Of a stretch of DNA of 64,000 nucleotides, positions 19,272-29,507 are shown piece by piece. The translations under genes and the position numbers were made by a program. The stretch is from the NCBI GenBank assembly GCA_963804645.1, contig CAWDRG010000013.1, positions 23,982 through 87,981 on the forward strand, written 5' to 3'. The stretch's first letter is position 1. Each line of letters starts with the position of its first letter. The notes below the pieces were generated by a model that did not search any database, was not told the DNA's origin, and saw only the letters and a list, made by a program, of their open reading frames with translations. This DNA comes from an uncultured Bacillota bacterium. GTDB taxonomy: Bacteria; Sysuimicrobiota; Sysuimicrobiia; Sysuimicrobiales; Segetimicrobiaceae.

Positions 19272-20627
19272 ATGCCGGAGACTCAGGCGACCACCGCCGA
19301 CCTGATCGCTGCCTACGTCGACACACATCCCAAGTCGCGCGAGGCGTTCGAGCGTGCGAACCGGGTCCTGCCCGGGGGAATCACGCACGACAGCCGCGCG
19401 CTGACCCCGTTTCTGCCGTACATCGACCGCGCCTCGGGCGCCCGCAAATGGGACATCGACGGCCACGAGTACGTCGACTACGCGATGGGGCACGGGGCGC
19501 TGCTGCTCGGGCACGCGCACCCCGCGGTCGTCGAGGCGGTCCGCCGTCAGGTGGCCCTCGGCACCCACCTCGGCGCAAACCACCTGCTCGAGATCGAGTG
19601 GGCCGAGCGGATCTGCGCCATGGTCCCCGGCGTCGAGATGGTGCGGTTCACGAGTTCCGGAACCGAGGCGACGCTGCTGGCCCTCCGGCTGGCCCGCGCA
19701 GCGACGGGGCGGTCCAAGATCGTGAAGTTCCGGGGGCACTTCCACGGCTGGCACGACGCTGTGATGCCGGGCCAGACGCCGCCGTGGGACGAGGTCCCCG
19801 AGGGGGTACCGGCGGCGGTTGCGCGCGAAACGATCGTCGTCCCGCAGGACGCCGCGGCGCTCGACGCGGCCCTTGCCGCCGAACCCGACGTCGCCGCGGT
19901 CATCCTGGAGCCGAGCGGCGCGTCCTCGGGCACGCTTCCGGTCCCGCCCGGGTTCCTTAAAGACGTGCGCCGCGTGACGGCCGAGCGCGGGGTGTATCTC
20001 GTCTTCGATGAAGTCATCAGCGGATTCCGCTGGGCGCCCGGGGGGGTCCAGGAGATCTCGGGCGTCACGGCCGACCTCGTGACGATGGCGAAGATTCTCG
20101 CCGGCGGACTGCCGGGCGGCGCGGTCGGCGGGCGGCGGGACCTGCTCGAGCCGATCGGGATCCCCCGAGGCAACCGGCGCAAGATCCAGCACCCGGGCAC
20201 CTACAACGCGAACCCGCTCTCCGCATCCGCGGGGATCGCCTGTCTCGACCTTATTCGGGACGGGCGGGCGCAGGCGCACGCCGCCGACACCGCGGCGGCG
20301 CTGCGGCGGGGATTGAACACGGTCCTAGCCTCGCTCGGGGTGCGCGGCGCGGTCTACGGGGAGGCGTCCTCGTTCCACGTGGCCTTCGATCGGGCGATCA
20401 CGCCGGGCGACCCGGCGTCGGCCCGCGCCCTCCCCCAGGAAACGCTCAAGCAGCAGCGCGGCCTGCGTCCGGCCGGACCGCTGACGGTGGCGATGCTGAC
20501 GCGCGGCGTGCACCTTTTTGGGCTCGGCGGGTTCACGAGCATCGCGCACGGCCAGGAGGACGTCGACCGCACCGTGGACGCGTTCGAGCACGCGCTCCGC
20601 GAGATCGGCAGTTGGCTGCCTGACTAG
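19272..20627 (+). CDS. class III PLP aminotransferase (glutamate-1-semialdehyde aminomutase-like)
   Basis: SGTEAT, FHGWHD, FDEVISGFR, AKILAGGLP, HPGTYNANP. Confidence 0.88.
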   Translation: MPETQATTADLIAAYVDTHPKSREAFERANRVLPGGITHDSRALTPFLPYIDRASGARKWDIDGHEYVDYAMGHGALLLGHAHPAVVEAVRRQVALGTHLGANHLLEIEWAERICAMVPGVEMVRFTSSGTEATLLALRLARAATGRSKIVKFRGHFHGWHDAVMPGQTPPWDEVPEGVPAAVARETIVVPQDAAALDAALAAEPDVAAVILEPSGASSGTLPVPPGFLKDVRRVTAERGVYLVFDEVISGFRWAPGGVQEISGVTADLVTMAKILAGGLPGGAVGGRRDLLEPIGIPRGNRRKIQHPGTYNANPLSASAGIACLDLIRDGRAQAHAADTAAALRRGLNTVLASLGVRGAVYGEASSFHVAFDRAITPGDPASARALPQETLKQQRGLRPAGPLTVAMLTRGVHLFGLGGFTSIAHGQEDVDRTVDAFEHALREIGSWLPD

Positions 20628-20796
20628 CCGCGCACCGACCGAAACGGGCTGGTCACGTGCGCACACCCCGCCGCGCGTCGGCGCGGCCGACAGCGGGGGG
20701 TCTCCTTCCCCGTTTGTGCCGCACACCCGCCTGCCCGCGCGGCCCGGTCGCGGCGACTCTGTCGGCTCCCCGTCGTCATGAGGATGTGCGCGAGCC

Positions 20797-21120
20797 GACG
20801 CGAACGTGGCGTTTCATCTCGCGGAGCGGCTCAAGCGGATTGTGCTGTGCGAGCGCCGCTACGTGGCTGCGGGCGCGACAGGAAAATCCGGCGCCCTCGT
20901 GCGCATACACTACACGAACGAGCCGGAGGCCCGCCTCGCGCTCGCTAGCTTCCCGTATTTCCAGCACTGAAGCGACCTCGTCGGGCATGGGAGCCCCCGC
21001 TTCGTGCCCACCGGCATGCTCGCGCTCGTGGCACCCGAGCACGAAGATCGGCTGCACGCGAACGTAGCGATCCTGCAGCGGCTCCGCGCCCGCACGACGG
21101 TGATCACCCGCGATATGCTG
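20797..21120 (+). pseudogene. fragment of FAD-dependent D-amino acid/sarcosine oxidase-family gene
   Basis: reads VAFHLAERLKRIVLCERRYVAAGATGKSGALVRIHYTNEPEARLALASFPYFQH*SDLVG...TGMLALV; in-frame TGA at 20968; no GxGxxG or C-terminus. Confidence 0.7.
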
Positions 21121-21302
21121 GTCGTCGTGGGCACTGTGTCAACCCCTTTTGAGAGTGATCGCGGTGCGTGCTGTGGGCATCCCGCCGGCGAACCGGCACG
21201 ATGCAGTCCCGGGGGGCACGCCGCCCTGGTAGCGCAGATCCCCGCCTGCCCCACGCCGCCTCTACACGGCCACCGCTGCCGGCCCGGCCGGACGGGTCGA
21301 CG

Positions 21303-22295
21303 CTAGGCGCCCAAGTACTTCCCGAACCAGGCGAGCGTCTTCGGCCACGCGTCCGCGGCCGCCGCCGCGTTGTAGGCCGGCCCGGTGTCGTTGAAAAACG
21401 CGTGGTTAGCGTTCGGCTCGATCACGATTTCGTGAACGACGCCCGCGCGCTCGAGCGCAGCCTGCATCGCCGGGATGCCGGCGTCGACCCGCTGATCGAG
21501 TCCGCCGTAAAACGCCAGGACGGCCGCGCGGATCCTCGCCACGCCGTCCAGCGACGGGGGATTCGGACCGTAAAACGGCACCACCGCCTTGAGGTCGGCG
21601 TTCTGCATCGCCAGCTGCCACGTGAGCCCGCCGCCGAAGCAGAACCCCATCGCCCCCAACGCGCCGTGCCGCACCGACGCGAGCGTGCCGAGATACTTCA
21701 CGCCGTCGTTCAGCATCCCCACGAGTTGGTCCGCCGGCGCCTGCCCGAGGAACGTCGACACCTGCGCGAGATCCGGGTACTTCGCGGTGCCGCCAATCGG
21801 CGAGGCGAGATCGGGCGCCAGCGCGACGTAACCGGCCTTCGCGAGCCGCCGGGCCACGTCCATGTGGTGGTCCAGCAGGCCGCGGTTCTCGTGGGTCACG
21901 ACGACCCCCGGTGCGATGGGCTTTCCCACCGGCTGCGCGAGGTACGAGATCACGGACGTGGTCGGCGTCGGATAGATGTTCGCCGCGGTCGACGGGTAGG
22001 TGATCATCTGCGCGTGCACCGCGGGATCGTTCGGGGCCACCGTGGGCGCCGCGGCGGCCAACCGCGCCGGCGCCTGGGCCACGACCGCGGCGGCGACCTC
22101 GTCCGGGGTCGCTTCGACGCCGAGCACCGCCAGCAGTCCGCCGGCGAACACCGCGCCGCCGGAGAAGACACCGATGCGCCGCAGAAACTCCCGCCGGCCG
22201 AGGCGTCCGTCCCGATACTCCTCCACCCACTCCTCGACGACATACCGGCCCAGATGCGTCAGCGCCAGCGGTTTCGGGTTCGACGTCGCGTCCAC
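21303..22295 (-). CDS. dienelactone hydrolase family protein with twin-arginine N-terminus
   Basis: GRREFLRR, HENRGL, GFCFGG, PFYG, HAFFNDT; GTG after GGGAGG. Confidence 0.88.
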   Translation of the reverse strand: MDATSNPKPLALTHLGRYVVEEWVEEYRDGRLGRREFLRRIGVFSGGAVFAGGLLAVLGVEATPDEVAAAVVAQAPARLAAAAPTVAPNDPAVHAQMITYPSTAANIYPTPTTSVISYLAQPVGKPIAPGVVVTHENRGLLDHHMDVARRLAKAGYVALAPDLASPIGGTAKYPDLAQVSTFLGQAPADQLVGMLNDGVKYLGTLASVRHGALGAMGFCFGGGLTWQLAMQNADLKAVVPFYGPNPPSLDGVARIRAAVLAFYGGLDQRVDAGIPAMQAALERAGVVHEIVIEPNANHAFFNDTGPAYNAAAAADAWPKTLAWFGKYLGA

Positions 22296-22500
22296 GAGCG
22301 CCCACCTCCCATGTCGGGGATGTCGCTGTCTTCGGCTCCCGCGCGAGCCCGCCCTCCAGCGGGTGCGCCCGCCGTCGATTCTCGACAAGACCGTTACGCA
22401 AGTCGCGAGCCGCTCCCGCGCGACCGCCATACTGGCAGGCCGCCACCCGCACCACGCCGAACGACACCGCAGGGTCCAATGCTCCACCGGGAGGTCGTCC

Positions 22501-23511
22501 GTGCACCGGGTCCTAGCCGTGTTCAGCGTCACCGTCTTCGCCCTGTCCGCCGCCGCGGGCGGCGCGATCGCCCAGAATCCGCAGCTCGTCCGCGTGGCCA
22601 CGCTGAAGCTGGTGGGCGGCGCCCCCATCTTCTGGGGCATCCACCAAGGGTACTTCACCAAGGTAGGCCTGAACGTCCAGCCCGTGTACTTCGAGGCGGC
22701 CGCCCCCGTCGCCACCGCGGTCGCGACCGGCGACACCGAGGTCGGCGCGACCGGGATCACCGGCACCCTCTTCAACTTGTCCGCGGGCGGCGCCAAGATC
22801 TGGCTCGTCGCCGACCGCGGCCAGGAGTACGCCGGCTACCACCTGAACGCGATGGTCGTCACGAAGACCGAGTACGCCGCGGGCGTGCACTCGCTGAGCG
22901 ACCTCAAGGGCAAGCGCATCGGGATCACCACGCTCGGCTCGAGCTTTCACTACCAGCTCGGCGCGCTGCTCGAGCGCGACCACCTCACCCTCAACGACGT
23001 CCAGGTCGTCCCGCTGCGCGACTTCAACCTGGTCGTCGAGGCGCTCCGCACCGGGCAGATCGACGGCGCGATCCTGTCGCCCCCGTTTGGCGCGGCCTCG
23101 GAGCAGGACGGCTGGGGCAAGGTCCTGTTCTGGGTCGGCGACGAGCTCCGGAACCAAGTGACCGGCGTCTTCTACGGCGCGAAGATGCACGACAACCGGG
23201 ACCTCGGCGACCGCTTCATGGTCGGGTACATCCGCGCGACCCGCGACTACTACGACGCGTGTCTCGTCAAGCCGGCCCGCGGCTCCTGCGACGCGATCGT
23301 CGCGGTCACCGCGGAGGTCCTGCAGCAGACGCCCGCCGCGGTGCGCGACTCGCTGCCGTACATCGACCGCAACGGCCGCCTCTACACGCTGGATCTGCAG
23401 CGGCAGGAGACCTGGTATCTCGCGAACGGGATGAGCTCGAAGTCGGTGCCGCTCGAGCAGTTCATCGATCAGAGCTTCATCACGGACGCCGTGCACACCC
23501 TCGGTCCCTAG
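22501..23511 (+). CDS. NitT/TauT-family ABC substrate-binding protein
   Basis: signal peptide, GYFTKVGL, DLKGKRIG, GQIDGA. Confidence 0.85.
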   Translation: MHRVLAVFSVTVFALSAAAGGAIAQNPQLVRVATLKLVGGAPIFWGIHQGYFTKVGLNVQPVYFEAAAPVATAVATGDTEVGATGITGTLFNLSAGGAKIWLVADRGQEYAGYHLNAMVVTKTEYAAGVHSLSDLKGKRIGITTLGSSFHYQLGALLERDHLTLNDVQVVPLRDFNLVVEALRTGQIDGAILSPPFGAASEQDGWGKVLFWVGDELRNQVTGVFYGAKMHDNRDLGDRFMVGYIRATRDYYDACLVKPARGSCDAIVAVTAEVLQQTPAAVRDSLPYIDRNGRLYTLDLQRQETWYLANGMSSKSVPLEQFIDQSFITDAVHTLGP

Positions 23512-24288
23512 GTGCAGATCCGCTTCGAGGACGTCCACAAGAGTTACCGCCGGACCGACGGCACCACGATCGAAGCGCTCTCGGGCATCGACCTGGTCAT
23601 CGGCGAAGGCGAGTTCGTCGCGTTCGTCGGCCCGAGCGGATGCGGCAAATCCACCCTGCTGCTGCTCACCGCCGGCCTCGTGCCGCCGTCCGCCGGGCGC
23701 GTGGTGTTCGAAGGACCGGCCTCCGGGCAGCCGCTCACCGGGTTCGTGTTCCAGGAGTTCGCCCTATTTCACTGGCGGACGATCCTCGAGAACGTGGCGT
23801 TCGGGCTCGAGGTCCGGGGCGTGCCTCCGGCGTCGCGCGACGATCGCGCGCGCGAACTCATCCGCCTGGTCGGCCTCGACGGGTTCGAGGGACGCTATCC
23901 CGCGGAGCTCTCCGGCGGCATGCGGCAGCGCGTCGGAATCGCGCGGGCGCTGTGCGTCGATCCCGCGGTGCTGCTGATGGACGAACCGCTGTCGGCGCTC
24001 GACGCGCAGACGCGCCAATTGATGCAGGAAGAGATCCTCGGGATCTGGGAACGCACGCGGAAGACCGTGCTCTACGTCACCCACAACATCCAGGAAGCCG
24101 CGTTCCTGGCCGACCGGATCGTCGTCCTGTCGCGCCGGCCCGGCCGCGTCCGCGCGGTGCTGCCGGTGCCGTTCGGGCGTCCGCGCGGCGAGGATCTGTT
24201 CGCCGATCCCGGATTCGGCCGGTTTGGCCAGGATGTGTGGCGCATGATCCGCGATGAGGCCCGCACCGCGATGCGCGAGGAGGCCTAA
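23512..24288 (+). CDS. NitT/TauT-family ABC ATP-binding protein
   Basis: GPSGCGKST, LSGGMRQR, LLMDEP, VTH. Confidence 0.93.
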   Translation: MQIRFEDVHKSYRRTDGTTIEALSGIDLVIGEGEFVAFVGPSGCGKSTLLLLTAGLVPPSAGRVVFEGPASGQPLTGFVFQEFALFHWRTILENVAFGLEVRGVPPASRDDRARELIRLVGLDGFEGRYPAELSGGMRQRVGIARALCVDPAVLLMDEPLSALDAQTRQLMQEEILGIWERTRKTVLYVTHNIQEAAFLADRIVVLSRRPGRVRAVLPVPFGRPRGEDLFADPGFGRFGQDVWRMIRDEARTAMREEA

Positions 24289-24289
24289 C

Positions 24290-25106
24290 ATGTCCACAGA
24301 ACGCCGCGCGGGAGGTCATCGTCCTCGGCGCGCGCCCCGTGCCGCCCCTCGGAGGACGGCCCCTGCCGCTCGTCCGGATCGGATCGATCCTCGCCGTCCT
24401 CGCCGTGTGGGAGCTGGTGACGCACAGCGGCCGGGTCCCCACGGTGTTCCTGCCGACGCCGATGACCGTGGCGCGCGAGCTCGTCCGCATGGTGGCGACG
24501 GGAGAGCTCTGGCGCAGCCTCGCCCCGAGCCTCGCCCGGATCGTCTCGGGATTCGCGATCGGCGGCGCATCCGGGTTCGTGGTCGGCGTGCTCGCCGGGG
24601 TGTCCTCCTGGGCGGAGGCGATCGCGGATCCGCTGATCTCGGCGACCTATCCGGTGCCGAAGATCGCGCTCCTCCCGCTCTTGATCCTGTGGCTCGGGAT
24701 CGGCGAGCCGTCGAAGATCGCGGTGATCGCGATCGGGTCCTTCTTTCCGGTCGCGATCGGCACGATGTCCGCCGTGCGGGAGGTCGACCCGCTGCTCATT
24801 CGCGCGGCGCGCAGCCTGGGCGCGACCCGCGCGCAGATCGTCCTGAAGGTCCGCATCCCCGCGTCCCTGCCGGCGATCTTCGCCAGCCTGCGCCTGGCCG
24901 CGGGGATGGCGCTGCTGCTCGTCGTCTCGGCCGAGATGATCGCCGCCACGGCCGGCATCGGCTACCTAATTCTCTACGCCGGCGACCTGCTGCAGACGGC
25001 GCGGCTGCTCGCGGGCATCATCGTCCTGTCGATCCTCGGCGTACTGTCGACCGGGGTGCTGCAGGCGGTCGAACGCCGGCTGCTGCGGGGACGCTCCCAG
25101 GGCTAG
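24290..25106 (+). CDS. NitT/TauT-family ABC permease (start at 24290 needs removal of one G at ~24311; otherwise GTG 24339)
   Basis: LPTP, PKIALLPL, AARSLGA, AEMIAATAGIG. Confidence 0.88.
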
Positions 25107-25912
25107 GTCCGCCCCGGCGCGTCAAACCAGCGGAGGCGCGTCCAGCGCAGGTAGCGGTCGGAGAGCAGTTCCAGCGATTTCCTCGCGGTCAGGAACTCCT
25201 CGGCCAGCGTCTCGAGCACGCGGCCGTCGGCACCCGCCTCGGGCTGCGCGGCCGCGAGGCGATAGAACCGCCGGCCGTGCTCCTCGTACGTCTCGAGCGT
25301 CGGCGGCAGCACCCGCGGGCGCAGCGCCGAACCGCCGCGCGCCCGGGCCCATCGCAGCGAATCCGGGAACACCCCGCTCTGAAACAGCGCGATGTCCGCG
25401 ATCCGCCGGGACAGCCACGGCATCTCGTCGCGGTCTGCCATCCCGGCAAGCACGAGCATGTCTTCGAGGTCCGACGTGTTGAAGCGGCGCCGCACGTAGC
25501 CGTCGCGGTGCTTGACGTAGACGGTGACGAACTCGTTCCGGACGAACGACGTCAGCAGGTGGACGAGATAGCTCCACATCGCGGGTTCGGCGATGAACCG
25601 CCGCACCCGGGGCGCGTCGAACACGGCCACGGTCTCCGCCGCCGACCGCTCGAGCGTGTACGGGCGGTCCCGGAGATCGCGCACGACGCGCCGCAGCAGC
25701 ACGGTGAACATGAACCGCGGCGACACGCGCAGCAGCGCGTGCTCGTCACCGAGCAGCCGCTCGACCAGGCGGTCGTCCTCCAACAGCACCTCGAGGAGAT
25801 CTTCGCGGGCCCGCAGCCTTCGCGGGGCGTCGTCCGGATCGCGCAGGTCGCCTTCCACCGTCTCGGCCACAAACCGCAGATCGTCGTCCGTCAGCTGCAG
25901 CATCGTCGGCAC
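25103..25912 (-). CDS. hypothetical protein
   Basis: normal codon usage and globular composition (VSPRFMFTVLLRR, RRIADIALFQSGVFPD, YEEHGRRFY). Confidence 0.75.
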   Translation of the reverse strand: MPTMLQLTDDDLRFVAETVEGDLRDPDDAPRRLRAREDLLEVLLEDDRLVERLLGDEHALLRVSPRFMFTVLLRRVVRDLRDRPYTLERSAAETVAVFDAPRVRRFIAEPAMWSYLVHLLTSFVRNEFVTVYVKHRDGYVRRRFNTSDLEDMLVLAGMADRDEMPWLSRRIADIALFQSGVFPDSLRWARARGGSALRPRVLPPTLETYEEHGRRFYRLAAAQPEAGADGRVLETLAEEFLTARKSLELLSDRYLRWTRLRWFDAPGRT

Positions 25913-26049
25913 CCCCCGTGTACGCGCGGCGTCCGCTGGTCTGCCGCCTACTGTTCGACCTGTCTCTACAATTCCCCGTTCCGGCGGATTAGTGACCTTC
26001 GCGGCCGCCGGACAAGGGGGGGTCTCGCCTGGCGGCGTATCTTCACGTC

Positions 26050-26790
26050 ATGAGGACTCCATTGACGGGCAAAGTGGCTCTCGTAACGGGCGGGGGCACG
26101 GGCATCGGCCGGGCCTGCTCGCTCGCGCTCGCCGGCGCCGGCGCCGCGGTGGCCGTGAACTACAGCCGCTCGCGCGAGGACGCCGAGCGGACCGCCGACC
26201 AGATTCGGACGCAGGGCGGCAAGGCGATCGCGGTCCAGGCCGACGTCTCGAAGGCGGCGGAGGACGACGCCATGGTGGCCCGCGTCGTCCGCGAGTGGGG
26301 ACGGCTGGATGTGCTCGTCAACAACGCCGCGACGACGAAGTTCGTGGACCACAAGAACCTCGACGGGCTCAGCGAGGAGGACTGGGATCGGCTGTTCGCG
26401 GTGAACGTCAAAGGGGTGTTCTTCGTCACCCGCGCCGCGGCCCGCGCGATGACGGACGGCCGCGTGATCAACATCGGATCGGTCGCCGGCCTGAACGGCA
26501 CCGGGAGCTCGATCGCGTACGCGGCGACCAAAGCCGCGGTCCACGTGATGACCAAGTCGCTCGCGCGCGCGCTCGCGCCCCGGATCACGGTCAACACGGT
26601 CGCCCCCGGCCTGATCGAGACCCGGTGGCACGCGGGCCACGAGGCCGCCAACGCGGCCCGCGCGCAGGCGATGCTGGTGAAGCGGATCGGCCAGCCCGAG
26701 GACATCGCGCACATGGTGCTCAGCCTCGCGACCGCGGACAACTTTCTCACCGGGCAGGTCATCTTCATTGATGGAGGCGCCACGCTGTAG
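26050..26790 (+). CDS. short-chain dehydrogenase/reductase
   Basis: TGGGTGIG, NNA, YAATK, VAPG. Confidence 0.9.
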   Translation: MRTPLTGKVALVTGGGTGIGRACSLALAGAGAAVAVNYSRSREDAERTADQIRTQGGKAIAVQADVSKAAEDDAMVARVVREWGRLDVLVNNAATTKFVDHKNLDGLSEEDWDRLFAVNVKGVFFVTRAAARAMTDGRVINIGSVAGLNGTGSSIAYAATKAAVHVMTKSLARALAPRITVNTVAPGLIETRWHAGHEAANAARAQAMLVKRIGQPEDIAHMVLSLATADNFLTGQVIFIDGGATL

Positions 26791-26950
26791 CGGCGCGGGC
26801 GCCGGGTGTCCGACACCCCAACGGTTCGGCGACAGCCCTAAAGAATAGGCAATTTCTCGCACCACAGCCCTTTCGGCGAGCCGTTTGTCGCAGGGGTCCT
26901 GTGGGTTTTTGACCGAACGCGGGTCGGCCCCCCATAATTTTTTCTTCGCA

Positions 26951-26980
26951 GCAGGATTTTGGGGGGAGATAACTGAATAG
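26951..26980 (+). promoter_or_regulatory. SigH-like promoter in IS copy 1
   Basis: GCAGGA-N18-GAATAG, conserved in copy 2. Confidence 0.5.
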
Positions 26981-27052
26981 TACTAAGGCATTTCAGTCAC
27001 CAAAGCCTGGCGCCCAGCGGATGACCCGAGACGGGTGTCGAAGGGAAGGCCG

Positions 27053-27406
27053 ATGCGGATTCCCACCCACCCGACCCTCATCCGGCGGCAATTGGACGCC
27101 CGCGTGCAGCAGTTGGCGGCGCAGGGGCCGGTGCTGGCGGCCAGTTTAGTGAAGATCGCGCGCCGCTGCGGGCGGCCGGGCTGCCACTGTACGCAGGGCG
27201 CGCTGCACGTGGGCCATTACCTGTCGTACAAAGTGGCGGGCAAGACGCGGATGGTGTACGTGCCGGTCGACCTCGTCGAGGAGGTCCGGGGGTGGGTCGC
27301 GGAGCACCGCCGGTTGCGCCAATTGACGCAGGAGATCACGCAACTCACGCTGGCCCAGATCCGCGGGCACGTGACGGCGCGGAAGCGGCGGGCCGGCCGG
27401 GCCTAA
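27053..27406 (+). CDS. DUF6788-like small Cys/His-rich transposase accessory protein
   Basis: ASLVKIARRCGRPGCHC..G.LH..YL....GK....YVP. Confidence 0.8.
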   Translation: MRIPTHPTLIRRQLDARVQQLAAQGPVLAASLVKIARRCGRPGCHCTQGALHVGHYLSYKVAGKTRMVYVPVDLVEEVRGWVAEHRRLRQLTQEITQLTLAQIRGHVTARKRRAGRA

Positions 27407-28751
27407 GCGCCCTCGGGCAGACATTCCACCACACGATCCAGCACTTCTGGCCGGCGTTGAACCAGTGGCTGGCCGCGCTGCCGGACACGCGCCATCAGCC
27501 GTTCATCGAGTACGACCCCGAGTTTCTCGCCTGGTGGGGGCTCTTGCTCTTCTGCTGTAAACTGGGCAGTCGGCGCCAGTTGGACTTTGACTTGCGCGAT
27601 CCGGCGACGCAGGTGCTCCGCAATGTGAACCGGCTCGCCGGGACGCAGCACGCGACCTTGCCGGTGCACGACACGTTGGACCACTTCTTGGACCATCTGG
27701 GGAGTGCGCCGCTGGCGGCGCTGCGGACCCAGATGGTGCGCCGCCTGATTCGGATGAAGGTGTTGGATGGCGCGCGCCTGCTCGGCCGCGTCGTCGTCGC
27801 GATCGACGGGACGGGGCATCTGCACTTTCGGCGGCGGCACTGTCCCCAGTGTTTGGTGCGGCAGCATCCCGCCTACGACGCGTATCTGCACATGGTCGAA
27901 GAGGCGAAACTCCTCGGCCCGGCGGCCTCGGGCTGTCCCTCGGGACGGCCTTTATTGAGAACGCCGATCGTCCGTCGCCGGTGGGCCGGGATCCCGCGGC
28001 GTGGAAGCAGGACTGCGAGCTGGCGGCATTCCGCCGCCTGGTGCCGGCCCTGCGGCAAGCGTATCCCCAGATGGCCTTCTGTGTGACGAGCGATGCGCTG
28101 TATGCGTGCGCGCCGGCGGTACGATTGGTCGAAGCCCAGGGGTGGAGCTATGTGTTTACCTTCAAGGCGGGGAACGCGCCGACGGCCTGGGCCGAGTTTC
28201 AGGCCGTGATGGCGTTGTGCCCGGAGAATGTCCTGCGGCTGACCCTCCCCGACGGGACGCAGCAAGTGTACCGCTGGGCGACAGGGATGTCGTCGGACGA
28301 TGGGACCGGGCGCAGCGCGTATGGGTTCAACGCCCTGCGGTGCGAGGAGACGGTGAAGGCGACGACGACGACCTTCGTGTGGATGACGAACCTCCCGGTG
28401 AGCCGGGACACGGTGGTGGAGATTGCGACGAAAGGAGGGCGACGCCGCTGGACGATTGAGGCCGGGTTCAATGTGCAAAAAAACAGCGAGCTCAACCTGG
28501 AGCACGCCTACAGCACCGATCCGGAATTGATCAAGGCCTACTACTATCTCCTCCAGATCGCGCATATGATGCTGCAACTGCTGGAGCGCGGGAGTTTGCT
28601 CCGGCGCTTGGCCCAGCGGCACGGCAAAACGCCGGTGGCCCTCTTTGGCAGTCTCAAGAACATCGCCCGCCGGCTCCTCGAGGCGCTCCGCCACCACGTC
28701 CTTCCCGACGAGCCGAGACCGGCCATCCAAATCCGCTTCGATACATCCTAA
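27292..28751 (+). CDS. DDE transposase, frameshifted at ~27916 (one G missing relative to copy 2); start uncertain
   Basis: AIDGTG, SDALYA, GRRRWTIEAGFNVQKN. Confidence 0.85.
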
Positions 28752-29041
28752 GAGCGGTTCGCTGGCGGCTGCTCCGGCTCTCGTACTCGCTGTGCTCGCT
28801 GCTATGTTCCGCTTCTCGAAGTCATCGCTTCGAGCTCCCTCCCTATCACGCTCGTTTGACCCTTCCGCGATGCGGTCCCAGCCCTCCGGCTTGCCAGGTC
28901 CTATTCCTCATCGCTGGTTCGGCGACAGCCCTGAAGAATAAGAATTCGTCGCACCTCGCCCCCCCGCGGTAAGCGGTTAGCAGCACGCGTCCGCGACGAT
29001 GCGTGTCCCCAGGCGGTTTCTCGCCAATTATTTTCTTCGCA

Positions 29042-29071
29042 GCAGGAATTTCAGGGGTCAATACTGAATAG
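29042..29071 (+). promoter_or_regulatory. SigH-like promoter in IS copy 2
   Basis: GCAGGA-N18-GAATAG. Confidence 0.5.
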
Positions 29072-29144
29072 TGGATCGCTTAGCAGGCATCCTCGGCGGC
29101 GCGCGGGGTGGGGGCGCGGGGCGTGGTGTCGAAGGGAATGAACC

Positions 29145-29507
29145 ATGCGCATGCGGGACCACCCGACGCTGCAGCGTCGCCAGCTCGACGCGCGGGTCAA
29201 GCAATTACAGGCCCGCGGGCCGGTGCTGGCGGCGAGCTTGGTGCAAATCGCGCGGCGCTGCGGCCGGCCGGGGTGCCACTGCGCGCAGGGGGCGCTCCAC
29301 GTGGGGCACTACCTGACGCGCTCGGTCGACGGCAAGACCCAGACCACCTATGTCCCGGTCGAGCTGGTGGCTGAGGTTCGCGCATGGGTCGACGAATACC
29401 AGCGGCTGCGCCAGGTGATCCAGGAGAGCACGGAGCTAGCGCTGGCGCGGATCCGGGGCCACGTCCGCGCCCGGAAGCAGCGGGCGGGTCGATCCACGGG
29501 ACGCTGA
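29145..29507 (+). CDS. DUF6788-like small Cys/His-rich transposase accessory protein
   Basis: ASLVQIARRCGRPGCHCAQGALHVGHYL. Confidence 0.8.
   Translation: MRMRDHPTLQRRQLDARVKQLQARGPVLAASLVQIARRCGRPGCHCAQGALHVGHYLTRSVDGKTQTTYVPVELVAEVRAWVDEYQRLRQVIQESTELALARIRGHVRARKQRAGRSTGR

Larger units (their letters stand above)
26833..28916 (+). mobile_element. two-gene IS (DUF6788-like accessory gene + IS4-superfamily/ISAs1-like DDE transposase), copy 1
   Basis: IRL CAGCCCTAAAGAATAG, IRR reverse complement CAGCGATGAGGAATAG; flanked by GTTCGGCGA at 26824-26832 and 28917-28925. Confidence 0.9.

Noticed and set aside
19272-20627. Calling the aminotransferase hemL
   Set aside because: No tetrapyrrole genes nearby and the sequence is divergent; more likely a catabolic paralog
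20776-21254. Minus-strand small ORFs in the gap
   Set aside because: Better explained as antisense to the plus-strand oxidase pseudogene
26914-26927. SOS-box-like CGAACGCGGGTCGG inside IS copy 1
   Set aside because: Right half-site has two mismatches and it is absent from copy 2
28752-28941. Hydrophobic peptide (AAPALxLAVLAA) readable after the transposase stop in both copies
   Set aside because: Frame relative to the transposase differs between copies, there is an internal 1-nt indel, and no conserved start
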